Shown here: positions 1 to 11,300 of the stretch, one piece after another
Numbering within the stretch: position 1 is the stretch's first letter
Layout of the letters: each line of letters opens with the position of its first letter
Origin: an uncultured Caldisericota bacterium
GTDB lineage: Bacteria; Caldisericota; Caldisericia; UBA6126
Length of the DNA stretch: 64,000 nucleotides
Direction of reading: 5' to 3'
Assembly: GCA_964493625.1 (NCBI GenBank)
Contig: CAZBOU010000002.1
Span: 7,410 to 71,409, forward strand
Notes under the pieces: model-generated
Database searches by the model: none
Told to the model about the DNA's origin: nothing
The model's input: only the letters and a program-made list of their open reading frames with translations
Translations under genes and position numbers: made by a program

Positions 1-2319
1 GAAGAAAGCATCGCCAGATTCTACTTTGCTTCCACATTCGTATACTGTGCCTTCGATATTAATCTCGTTGTAGCGGGTATCACCGGGATCTACAATGAAG
101 TTTTCGTTGGCATCGTAATAGATCTTTGTAAGAATGGGGTCGTAATCAAAAGGATTTTGGGGTTGTTCAATATAACGATGGTAGTTGGGAATGTAAAATT
201 TATAATACTGAGGAGTATCTGGTTGATGGAATGGATCCAACGAAAGCCCAACGTCGGCATCGCCTTCTATTACATGTGTATTTCTTCTGTAATTAATAGA
301 AGTGTTTCCTTTTGTAATGGTTACATCTGTAAAACGTAAGTCTCCAGGAATTACTACATCGTTGTCAATTCGCTCTGGATCTGTTAAATAATAAATGCTT
401 TCACCGCATCCATAGAGGGGTTCATAACCAGGAGGAGGGGAGATGATAGTATCGTGAAAACGATAATTGTCGGGTATTCGATCTAACCTGCGCCCGACGT
501 CAAGCACTCCCTTGTAATTCTCAGCTCCAATATATTCTTCACAAGTTCTACTTTGTACGTAGTTGTCGCTCAAATCTTGGGGAGTTAGGTAGTCCTTTGG
601 CAATGCATAATTAAGACTGTTGTCAATGCCGTTGTCAGAAAATATTTCAATGCCGACATACTGTCGGTACTGGAATTGAATATTGTGGAAGGTAGTACCT
701 GGTAAAAGATGATATCGGTCTTTGTCAAGACCTGGGTCTAAAACGGTATTCTTTTGAATACGCTGCGTTTCACCTCGAATATCACCATTAAACGAGTAAA
801 GCCTTGCGGAAGTATAGGAGGGGTTGTTTCCCATATATACATCGGAAAGAACAGAAATATCGTAATGATCGGTGTGACATCCGCCTTCCATAACTTCTAA
901 CATAACCAACGCATCGCCTGCAGAAATACCGCAGCCTAAGTATGAATACAGTCGTACGCTTGTTGCGTACTTTCTTGTATTGACATTTGTGAGTCGAATA
1001 CAGTTGGGTACAACGGATAATTCGTTAAGGATAGGGTTGTTTCTTGGTTCTACTAAAGGCATCGTGGGCAATCTATAAATCCATTCATTGGGGTCGTATT
1101 GTAAATTGGGGATTTTGTTGTCGACGTGCATTTCATTGTGATTGAAAGAAATCATATCCACGCCTTCGTCCCAGTCCCCCGAGCGTACTGTAGTGCCAGC
1201 AGCATAGTTTTTAATTACGATTTCGTGTGCAATGACTCTCTTTGTTGTTACAGGAGTGAGTCGTAAATCGCCAGCTTCCACTGTTGAGGATGGCAAAGGT
1301 CCGGTATAGAACCACTCAATGGGAGTCGATTTCTTATATATAAACTCATGAGGACGTTTTTCCATTGGGTCGTCTGACATTTTTCCAGGAGTATACTGTC
1401 CGTCTTCTACCAATTCGACGTGGAATTCATCGAACAAAAGGCTGGACTGATTCTCGTAATTTCGTTGGTAGAAAGGCACTAGAGGAAGCCCATAATCCCA
1501 ATCTCCAGCAGGATCGCCACTTTCATCTTCAATACTTGTGTCGTATCGGACCAAACCTGTAGCTTCTAAACCATTTGGCAAAGGAGCTCCAGCAAATGGA
1601 TAGTCGATTAAATCTGCCCATCCTAATTGCCAAAGGCGGTCGGTAGCATTGGAATCCTCGTCTTTTTTGTAATCCCAGAAATATACATTCTCGATAAAAT
1701 CAGCACGGTTTCGGTTAAATACAAAAGGTCCTTTTGTATTATTCTCTGCTGAGTTATCGACCAAACCTCTTGGATTGGTATCGCAAGAACTCGGTATGTA
1801 ATTGGCATTTAAAGGGAATTCTTCAAAAGGATACCGAGCAACAGAGGGATCTGCTGTAGGATCATATCGGGAATCGTTGAAATAGCCATCTGGGTCAAAC
1901 CACATCTGACCTGAATCATCGAACACAAAATAGAAAGGACGAGTTTCTGTTGATACTGGTCCACTTGCCACTATATCAAGATAAACCTGTCCATAGAAAA
2001 CAGGATTTACTTGATCGTTTTGGCTATCGCATGGATTGGGCATCCCTGTTTGATTGTCAACAGACTTTGTAGCATTGGGCATGTAGTATCCTTTTCGACC
2101 CCAAACAATTTGTCCGGGTCTTTGCCAAGGAAAGGACACTCCGTCATCCAATGCTTCTCCTTCCCAGTCGAAACCAACTGCATGTAGCTTTGCTACTACA
2201 TGCACAGCTGGTTTGATGTTGTCATCAGCAGCTTTGACTGCAACCGGAGAATAAAAGGTCGCAGGAATCATCCCAAAAAGGAACATAATACTAATAGCGA
2301 CAGATAAGAGCTTCTTCAT
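1..2319 (-). CDS. Giant secreted surface protein, paralog 2 (N-terminal part only; runs off window start)
   Basis: ATG at 2319 with a GGAGAG SD at 2326-2331. The frame is open to position 1 (773 codons, no stop), so it is absent from the ORF track. Hand translation starts MKKLLSVAISIMFLFGMIPATFYSPVAVKAADD (signal peptide). It shares blocks with the 3276-aa neighbour: QMWFDPDGYFNDSRYD vs QLWFDPDGSFNDPRYQ, RIQKNTVLDP in both, and YVGIEIFSDNGIDN vs YIGVEIFRDNGHDN. Confidence 0.85.
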   Translation of the reverse strand, partial: MKKLLSVAISIMFLFGMIPATFYSPVAVKAADDNIKPAVHVVAKLHAVGFDWEGEALDDGVSFPWQRPGQIVWGRKGYYMPNATKSVDNQTGMPNPCDSQNDQVNPVFYGQVYLDIVASGPVSTETRPFYFVFDDSGQMWFDPDGYFNDSRYDPTADPSVARYPFEEFPLNANYIPSSCDTNPRGLVDNSAENNTKGPFVFNRNRADFIENVYFWDYKKDEDSNATDRLWQLGWADLIDYPFAGAPLPNGLEATGLVRYDTSIEDESGDPAGDWDYGLPLVPFYQRNYENQSSLLFDEFHVELVEDGQYTPGKMSDDPMEKRPHEFIYKKSTPIEWFYTGPLPSSTVEAGDLRLTPVTTKRVIAHEIVIKNYAAGTTVRSGDWDEGVDMISFNHNEMHVDNKIPNLQYDPNEWIYRLPTMPLVEPRNNPILNELSVVPNCIRLTNVNTRKYATSVRLYSYLGCGISAGDALVMLEVMEGGCHTDHYDISVLSDVYMGNNPSYTSARLYSFNGDIRGETQRIQKNTVLDPGLDKDRYHLLPGTTFHNIQFQYRQYVGIEIFSDNGIDNSLNYALPKDYLTPQDLSDNYVQSRTCEEYIGAENYKGVLDVGRRLDRIPDNYRFHDTIISPPPGYEPLYGCGESIYYLTDPERIDNDVVIPGDLRFTDVTITKGNTSINYRRNTHVIEGDADVGLSLDPFHQPDTPQYYKFYIPNYHRYIEQPQNPFDYDPILTKIYYDANENFIVDPGDTRYNEINIEGTVYECGSKVESGDAFF

Positions 2320-2380
2320 AGTCGACTCTCCTTTTCCAATTGGCCTGATAAAACCAGAGTCACTTCGCATTGTTTTCATC

Positions 2381-5300
2381 CTATACCAAAAATTCAATAG
2401 TAATCAGCTGAATTCTTTGATTCCATTCGACAGTAGCATCAAAGACTTCCGACACAAAATGGATAGGAATACATACATGACCATTATTCATAACAGGAGG
2501 TGCTTCTAATGTTAGCACGTTCCCATTTACAACAGCTTTTCTAGAATCAATTGCCATTTCGATGCGAATATCATCACGCATTAATGCAATTCCCTTGGTT
2601 TCGGCATTCCAAGAAAATTCTAACCCGAATACAGCAGCTATAAATTTCAAATCAAGATACGTACGGCCGTCACGAACAAAGGGGGATTGTTGCATTTTCA
2701 CAGGAGACCCGTCTACCTGAGCTGTTGGGTCGCCGATGTAACATTCCACTTTACGAGCTCGATATATGTACACATCATATTGTTGTTTTGTACTATTGCC
2801 AAGTTCGTCTTGAGCATGTATTTGGATGGTATTGTTTCCTGTTACGACGGGTACAGTTGCCGTCCAATTGAAGCCTTCTATAGTCGCTTTGATGTCGTTA
2901 ACGGTAATTTGTGTAGCCATAGTATCAATTTTACCAGAGAGAGCAATGGAGGATACGTCCACCCATTTTTCCTCTTCCATATTTTGATCGAGTAGTATAG
3001 AAGGGCCACTTGTTTTTAATTCTACACAAATGACTTTTCTTGTGATTCGATTTCGGACGTCTTCTGCTTCTACGATAATTGTATTCATGCCTTCAGCTAA
3101 GTAAACGATGTGCCTGAAAGAAAGGTCATCTTCAATGTCAACTTTCGTTTTGTTGATGGAGAGCACTCGAATATCTTCTGCAACAGTGCCATTAATCTCA
3201 TATCGTTTTTCATTTGTACGTTCCTTCATAGAATTGAACATAACTGGGTCGGATCGTCCCGTAGAAGTCCCGATGTCTATAGCAGTTGAACCGGATATAT
3301 AATCGGTCTTTTCTGCTACCAGAGAAATGGCTTTGTCAGCATTCGGTTTTACAGTAACATAGGCAATGCCATTGTCGTCTGTTTTGGCAGATGCTTTTAT
3401 GCCAGGTCCTGTAATAGTTACGGTAACACCTTGAACAGATTTCTCTGTACCAATTTCAGATATCACAAGTTTCAATTCTGTTTCTTGATTGACCTCTATA
3501 GCACCACTAAGGGAGGCAACTTCAATATGCAAGCCTTTTGCTACGTCAAATTGTGCAAGATTCATGAGCTGGTAGGTCTTACGTAGATATTTAATAGCAC
3601 CATATGGAGCTTCTGTGCGTTGAAGATCCATTCTTGTATTTTTAACATCCAGGTCTAAGCTAATAGTTTCTAGACCTGTTCCTGTTGGGGTAATCATCAT
3701 TAAGGCTTCAGCGGGAGAACCAGGTTTCGTACCGGTTGGGTTCACTCGCGAAGTAACGCGATATTCAGCCTTGTTACCAGTTAAAATCATCATGATCTGG
3801 TCATCCAGTGGAAGATCTCGTTTGTCGGCAGGATAAAACTTGAAGGCCAGATGGTTTGGTTTTCCATACACTAAATCGTATGCATCTGGGTCAAGCATTG
3901 ATTTTCCAATAGGTGCCTCGTCGTCTGACTTATACACTTCAACTTGCGGTGCTCGAAGCTTCACAACACTTGATGGCATTGCGTCCCAGTCTAAACGATA
4001 AGAATAGTCTTTTGGACTCCAGTATGCACGACGTTGGTAACGATAACTTACATAAGTAACTTGTTTGCCGTAGCGAGTGGTGAAATGGTTTGGAGAAGAA
4101 GGCTCAAAGCCAGCGGAACTACCCACAACGTCTCCGAAGCTGGATATAGACCACATATTCTTTCCAACCAAACCTCCAACTTCACATACATCATCGCCAA
4201 AAACATAGAATTCAGTTTCTCCATCTTGGTTCAGGTTCAATGAGTCGGTGTTTGAAATGTTCAAATACTGCATGGAACGATTGTCATCGCCTCGCTGATC
4301 GAAATTGGCGAACATCATACCAAGATTGCCAGGGGTATAGTAGGGACGATTGTAGATACAACCATTCCCCCATCCTTCTGTTTTAGACAGGGCTAAGTTG
4401 GCATCGGAGAATGGAATGATGCCAAAAGTTCCGTTGTCATATTTTACATTTTCAGTGGCATAATAAACACGACCCTGGGTTGCGTTGTATCCTGTATATC
4501 CATAAGAAGTAGAATAGTAAACCACATAGCGCATATCTTTTGTACGTTCAATCTCTCGATTTTCTGGATCCAATATTCCGTTACCATTTTTATCTACACC
4601 AAAATGGATATCGAAATGTTGGTCGTAGTTGGTAGCACCAAAGACATATCTGGAATAGGTTCCGTTATAAACGGAGTATGTTCTATAGGTTGGCATACCC
4701 GTTCCATAAAAATGCCAGTACCAAGGCTGAACAGCTCGATAGAAGTTTTGGGGGGTTGTGGCAAAAGGAGTAAATCTGGCAACTTCAGAGGCCGATCCGC
4801 CACAAACAGAGATATTTTCGCCTACCCCTTTGATGGGCCTGCCTTGTGCATCTTTTACAAATACACGGATTTTATAAATCTTGTTGTCGCCAGCTGTTAG
4901 GACAAAATCAGGGTTTCCAGGAATATCAAAAGAGGTTTTTGAGGGGTCGTCGTAGTTTGTTACTTTGTAGGAAACATTTGGAAGTTCTACATTGACTTTT
5001 ACTTTGCCCATTTTTCGTCTATCAATGGAGTAAATATACACATCAAAGTCTCCAGCATCGTTTGCGACGAATCCTTTGAATACATAACGACCATCTTTGG
5101 AATTGGACATATCAAAATGAATGGGTTCAAAGCGCCCTGCATCACTGGAATAAGCATTTGTATTTCCAATAAGGGAACCATCGTCATTGTGTAGATCGGT
5201 TCGCGTCCAATAATATTGTGGCAATGGATCGGGATGAGGATCCTTAATGAGTTGATTCCATACGGCTAACCGAACAGCACCTGGATCGATATCAAGGTTG

Positions 5301-8300
5301 TCGTCGGTATGTTCTGCTTTTAACTTATCTTCTGCATGTTGCAGAAGGTCTACGGGGTTTCCTGCTTCGTCTGTTACCTGGAAGGTAAGAGGCTCGGAAG
5401 GATCTTGTAGCTCTGGCTGTACACCAGCGGTTAAGGGTTCTGGTAAAGCAGCAACGGTCCATACATTTTGAGAAAGGACATCAATTTGAGTCTGGCCCGT
5501 TAAATAGACTTCGTGGGAATACTGAGGGAATTCGGATGCAAGGTTGTACAATGGTGTAAAACCGCGGTCGTTGTTGTCGTCACCATATTTGTACGCTGTG
5601 ATGATGATAGGCAATACCTCATCGTCACCTACAACGCCATCAGGAGGACTATATGAATTTTTCGGACGAAGGTTTACCCCGCCAAAATCCATACCGACTA
5701 AATCAATCTGGCTTCCATTGCGATCGGTAAATTCCATGTGGTATTTGCCGTTTCCGCGCTGGAACGTTCGTGCATCGATCAGTCCAGAAGACCATGTGTT
5801 GGTTGCTAAGTCGTAGCTACCCACAATTTCTGTTTCGTAGTCTTGATAGGATACTTTTCCGTTGCGGTTAATATCATCGGCTGGTAAATACTGCGTGCCT
5901 AGTTCAATGAAGTCGGAAGAGCGTGGAGGATTGGTAACCCACCCATCGCCAGCACCAATAATTTTACCAGTGTTGCGATTGATCACGCCGCGGTCTTGCC
6001 ATGCAACAACTACTGCATCGTTACAAGGTATTGTTGCATCTGGATCGCGCTTCTTGTCGTATTCACTTAGTGTAAAATCTAGTGTATTGTCGGCATCTAC
6101 TAGGAAGCTTTCAGGATTTTCAATATTAATAGAAAGAGCTTGCACATCAATGCCATCGGTAATATTTTCCTGGCAGCAGTCTTGATAAATCTTTTTCACG
6201 CCATTGGCGGTTTCCACTTCGATAGAGATATTGCCATAATCGACAGGAATCAATTCGTCAAAGGCGAACATAAAGCAGCCTGTATTGTAATAATCGTTAG
6301 GTACAGTTTGGAAGGAAGTAGGACCATAACCAACAGAAGGAGAATAGAAAGACCAAGCTGTATAGTATTGGGCATTTGTTGTAAACCAGTACTGATACTG
6401 ACCATTTTCAGAAGTATTGTCTTTGGGGGCATCGCCTTCGTAAAATCCACCTGTCTGATTAAGAGCAGGAGGATAAGTATAAGGATCAGCTTCTCCATAA
6501 TAGAGAAGGTGAGTATATCTAGCTACCTTGTTTTTGTCTTTATAGGAAGTGTAAACTGGCATGGAGGTACCGGGATTGGTAACTCTGTTAACTCGTTGTC
6601 CTTCCGTTTCCCACATACCAGAGGAGGAAGAATCGACCACGATTTCTCCGGACATATCGTAGGTAATGGGTACATTTTCCACACCTTCGTATTTGTAAGA
6701 AGTATCAAGCTTCTTATCAGCGGGGCTGTAGTACTTAGGTGTCATAAATGGCCCTTTAACGGTGATACGAGACAATAACATTGAAGGATGGATCATAGGA
6801 TCAAATGTATAGTGATTTTTTTGTGCATCGCGCAAAACAAAATAGAGACCATAGTCGGACAATGGGAAAAATTCTGTACCCAACTTTTTGTACATATCAA
6901 ACAAAGCAGGGTATGCATTCCAGCCATGTCCTTTTACTTTGATAGATGAGTCGACGGCAACAGCTCTTCCTGTATGAGTTTGACCCCCCGGGTAGGAGCG
7001 GAAATGAGTATAATCAAATAAAACAGGGTTGTAATCTGCTTTGATTTGAGGAGTTGGAGGAGGCATTGTGCTAATGGCGCGGTCGCCATCAGTATAGTTG
7101 ACTTTGGATTGCTGCAATGCATGATCAACAACCTGCATTTCTGCAAAGTTGACCTGCGGGTCGGCAGGTAGAACTTTCATATCGTAGTAGCCTAAATAAT
7201 CGATTCCAGGCCCTTCGTCATAAACAAAATTGGGAGGATGAGGAACGGTAGAATTAAAATCATATATATTGTGCGTGGAATAAAGCCTAATCTTTAAGGC
7301 AGTGTCGGCATTTTTGGGATTGGCAACACCTAAGCCAAGCCCCCCAGCAAAATCGTGTTCGGGGCTCATTATTACGACGGGTATACCATACGTAACAATG
7401 GCAGATGGAGCATAGGCTGTACTCGGATAATAGTATGGAATGTTCGCACAAGGGTCACCTGCTGGTAAAGAACCCTGGCCAGCGTCTCCAAAAAATCCGT
7501 AACGGTCGTTACGTGTTACATCGCCAAAAGGTGGCAATCCATCGCCGTCGGTGGGATTACAAGTAAACTGACCAACGGAGTTGTCCATGTCGCGAAGGCT
7601 TTGTGCTGGCATTCGCCAAGGATCGGGAACATGATAATTGCCATACACGCCGCCGCCAACGGGATCCCATTGACCACCCATAGGAATGGAGGAGGCACGT
7701 ATGGTATAAAGGAAATCGTGTTGGTCTAGAGCTCCAAACACTTGACCTGGAAGGTCTCCTTCAAACCAGCGCCAAAATTCGTAGCTTCCATCGGTGTTGA
7801 CTTGCACTATATAGCGCTGCCATTTTTGTCCGTAACCGCTAAGCGCTGTAAAGAAATAATCGATACCAGCACCATGAGCGTTGTAATTCATGATCATTGG
7901 TCTGCCATAGGTGCCTTTTTCTTTTTGACCGCGTAGGTCGACACCATAATCGTATTCGCCAAGATAATTTGGATCGCCACCATCACCGGCAAACCAGGTG
8001 TGGGACATCATTTGTATATTGGCGGGATCGTTTACATCGTTGGGGTTGTCGGCATCAAATACATAGTATTGGATGGCAGGCTGGCGAGAAGAAACCAAAT
8101 CGATACATTTCTTTAGAGGTTGTATCACCATGTCTTCGGGTGCGATATCTACAAAATGTTCATCGTAGCAATCGTATACATTTCGAAGACTCAAAAAGTT
8201 CTTCCCATATTGATTCTCGATATCGCCTGGCATGGTATTCACGGGCACTGGAGGATCAATCATGAAGGGTACTTTTCGATAGTTTTCTTGCCATTCTTTT

Positions 8301-11300
8301 TTGTTAAATAGAGATCGAATCCAGAAAGGATCCTTGTAGTTGGTAGCAAAACTACCGGAATAGTCGGTATCCCATGGGGTAATGGCAGCAACGCCACCAA
8401 GGTCGGCATATGCTTTTATTTGAAGCTGATTGAAAAGGCTGGTGCCAGCATAAAATCCATCCATGCCGTGGAAGCCATCGTTACAGGAACCACGGTAAGG
8501 AGTATACTGGAATTCAAACACAGGATTGTCTTTGTCTATATAGCCAAACTCTGTAAATACTTTTTCGTTGTAAAGGTCTTCGTCGGGTGGTTCTGGCGGG
8601 CCCCAAATTATCGTTTTGCCATTGAGCCAATCGGCAGAGCGCATAGGGGTAGCCCCGCCATAGCTCCAGGGAGCCACTTGGGCAACTTGTGCATAGTAGT
8701 CAGATACCCCAATGATGGGGATATAAGGCACGGTTTCATAAGAACAGCCGACGTTTGGATCGGTAACCATTTCAGAGCTTTCAACGTCAAAATCGTTGAA
8801 AAATTTACCATCTCGAATAACGTCGCCATTGCGAAGGTACATGGTGTTAGGTACATTGATACCGGCCTGCCCTTGGTTGCGATCGGAATAGTTAAAAATT
8901 ATATTGCCACCGCGGGTGAGGACTAATTCAAACTCGGAAGTCCACCTGGCAACGTTGGCACGTTGAGTAGGGGTTGTATAATCGCCATAAGAACGCATAT
9001 CATAATTATATTGACTATTACGAGCTTTAAAGGGATTTGTCATTACACGCCAAACAACGCGCAAGCTTTCATCGGTTTTTCGGTAATACACACCGTAGCC
9101 TGGGATGGTTCTATAATAGTAAGGGTAGTAGCGTCCTTGGACTGGCACATGCCATTGTCCTCCCATGGGGATAATCCAGGTATTTTTTAGCATCATTAAA
9201 TCCCACGGATAGTAGCAAGTCATATAGGTATAAGTTGATCCATCATACGTTCGCCAATAACCAAATGGAGTTGTTGAGCCACCATATTGGGAGGAATTGC
9301 TATACGGATAGGGTCGACCACCATAGGCGTAGCCATAGGCTTGCATATAGTCGTATCGGTGTTCATAGGGATAGTAGTTCTCCCTAGAATTGGGATACCC
9401 ACGGTACAATGCAATCATACCATCTTCGGCAATATAGGTGCGATCATAGACACTACCATTGATTTCTAAACCATCGTTTCCAGCACCCCAAAGAAGTTGG
9501 TAGAAATATCTATTGTTTCCGTAATAGTTGTATGCAGTAGAAGGCATTAAATTCCTCATGTCTTCGGTGATACCAATGTATCCATTTTCGTCGAGAATCA
9601 CATCGTACAGTTTTTTCAGTTCGTCGGATTCTTTATTTTTTGGCTTGGGTTCTCGAACAGAAACCCATACTTTTTGACCGTCTTTTAGGGCAGACATATT
9701 GTTTAAGGACAAACGAACCGTAGAGGTTTGCTCTACCTTTAAAGGCCGATCAATATCAACGTTAAGGGATAGTTCGCCAGGACGCACAATAATGTCAAAG
9801 AAGCGGCTATTTCCGTTTTGACCCATGCGCACCATGTGGTTGATGTGAGTGGTGTAAAAGTATTCCACACTATTTTCAATTTTGGATCCACATTCAAAAT
9901 GGAGGCCCGATATTTCACATTCGGTTAAGCGTGTGTCGCCTTCGTCAACAAGGAAATTGTTGTTGGCATCTTCGTAAATGGTTTCTCCATATTGAAATTC
10001 TTCATCGTATACCCACACTTTGGCACTGTCTGCGGTTTCTAACTCATTGAGACGAGCTTCGTCATAAAATTTGTATTTGTAAACTTGTTCTGTTACTAAA
10101 GATCCGGTTTCTGGATCGGTATATGTTACTTCTTCCCAAAAATCAAATAAGGCTAGGTCGATATCGGCATCACCTGGCATTACAGTAGTACCAACGTAAT
10201 AGTCAATAAAGTTTCCGTTGCGCTCTACAGTAACAGGTGTATGACGAATATCGCCCTCTTGCACGGTATAGTAGGTGGCATAATCGGGGTCGCGAGGATC
10301 GGGGGGAAGCTGTTTTTCTGCTTTTTCATAGATCGATTCGCCACAACCAAAACCATTGAGAGGATTGAATGAAGTATCGTGATAGAGCATATATTCGGGA
10401 AATGAGGTTAGTTGTCTGCCTGCATCTGGGATACCGGTAATGCCGTTAGATGCGCCAAGGTATTCTTCACAGACACGTCCTTGTTTGTATTCGTCGCTTA
10501 ATGAATTTAACAAGGTAGCATCGGAAGAAAGGTTTTTACCAAGGTTGTTGTCATGGCCATTGTCACGGAAAATTTCGACACCGATATAGCTTCGGTAATC
10601 AATTTGAACGTCGTGAAATGTGCAAGCAGGAACTTGAAATTGATCTCCGGTTGGATCAAGTACGGTATTCTTTTGGATTCTACTTGCCATGGGGGCAAAT
10701 TCTCCGTTGGGAGAACGAAGAACGGCTGTAGTTGTAGAAGGGTTTGAGCCAAGCCAGATGTTGGTTTCAACCGATACATCGTATTTTGTACCGGAACATC
10801 CATTGGCTTCTAACACTTCCATTAATACTAGAATATCTTTGTCGGCAAAAATTTCAGAATATGTAAATTCCAAAGACTTTGCTGTATAGTTGCCTGTTAC
10901 AAAAATATTGGTAAGTCTGGTATCCCCCGCCTTAACAACGCGATGATCACCTTGTACGCGATAAATATATTCCCCAGGATTGTAAGATCCATCGGGGATT
11001 TTGTTATCGAGAAAGCGAACATCGTGTCCCACAAAGTTGCGGAAAGAAACAAGTTCCAAACCAATATCTTTAGCTCCTGTTTTTACAGGAAAGGTTTCGG
11101 AAACGCCATAGCTAAAACTTTCATTTCCAACAAGCACGGAAGTAGGAGTGAGTCGATAATCACCTTCTTCTACTTGTGCGTTATCGGGAGGAGTTGGCGT
11201 AATAATAGGATCGTATACTTTTCGATAAATAAATTCATCGGAATCGTAGGTACCATTTGCATTGGCGTCATGATAATAGATGGCATCATCGGGAGTAAGA

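Noticed and set aside
6140-6778. 212-aa plus-strand ORF. Similar ones lie at 8420-8926, 10943-11443, 4604-4900 and 7897-8265, all inside the giant gene.
   Set aside because: They lie antisense to a continuous 9.8-kb ORF with a clear signal peptide and domain structure. Their translations are low-complexity (I/F/R/S-rich) with no motifs or SD, so they are shadow ORFs.
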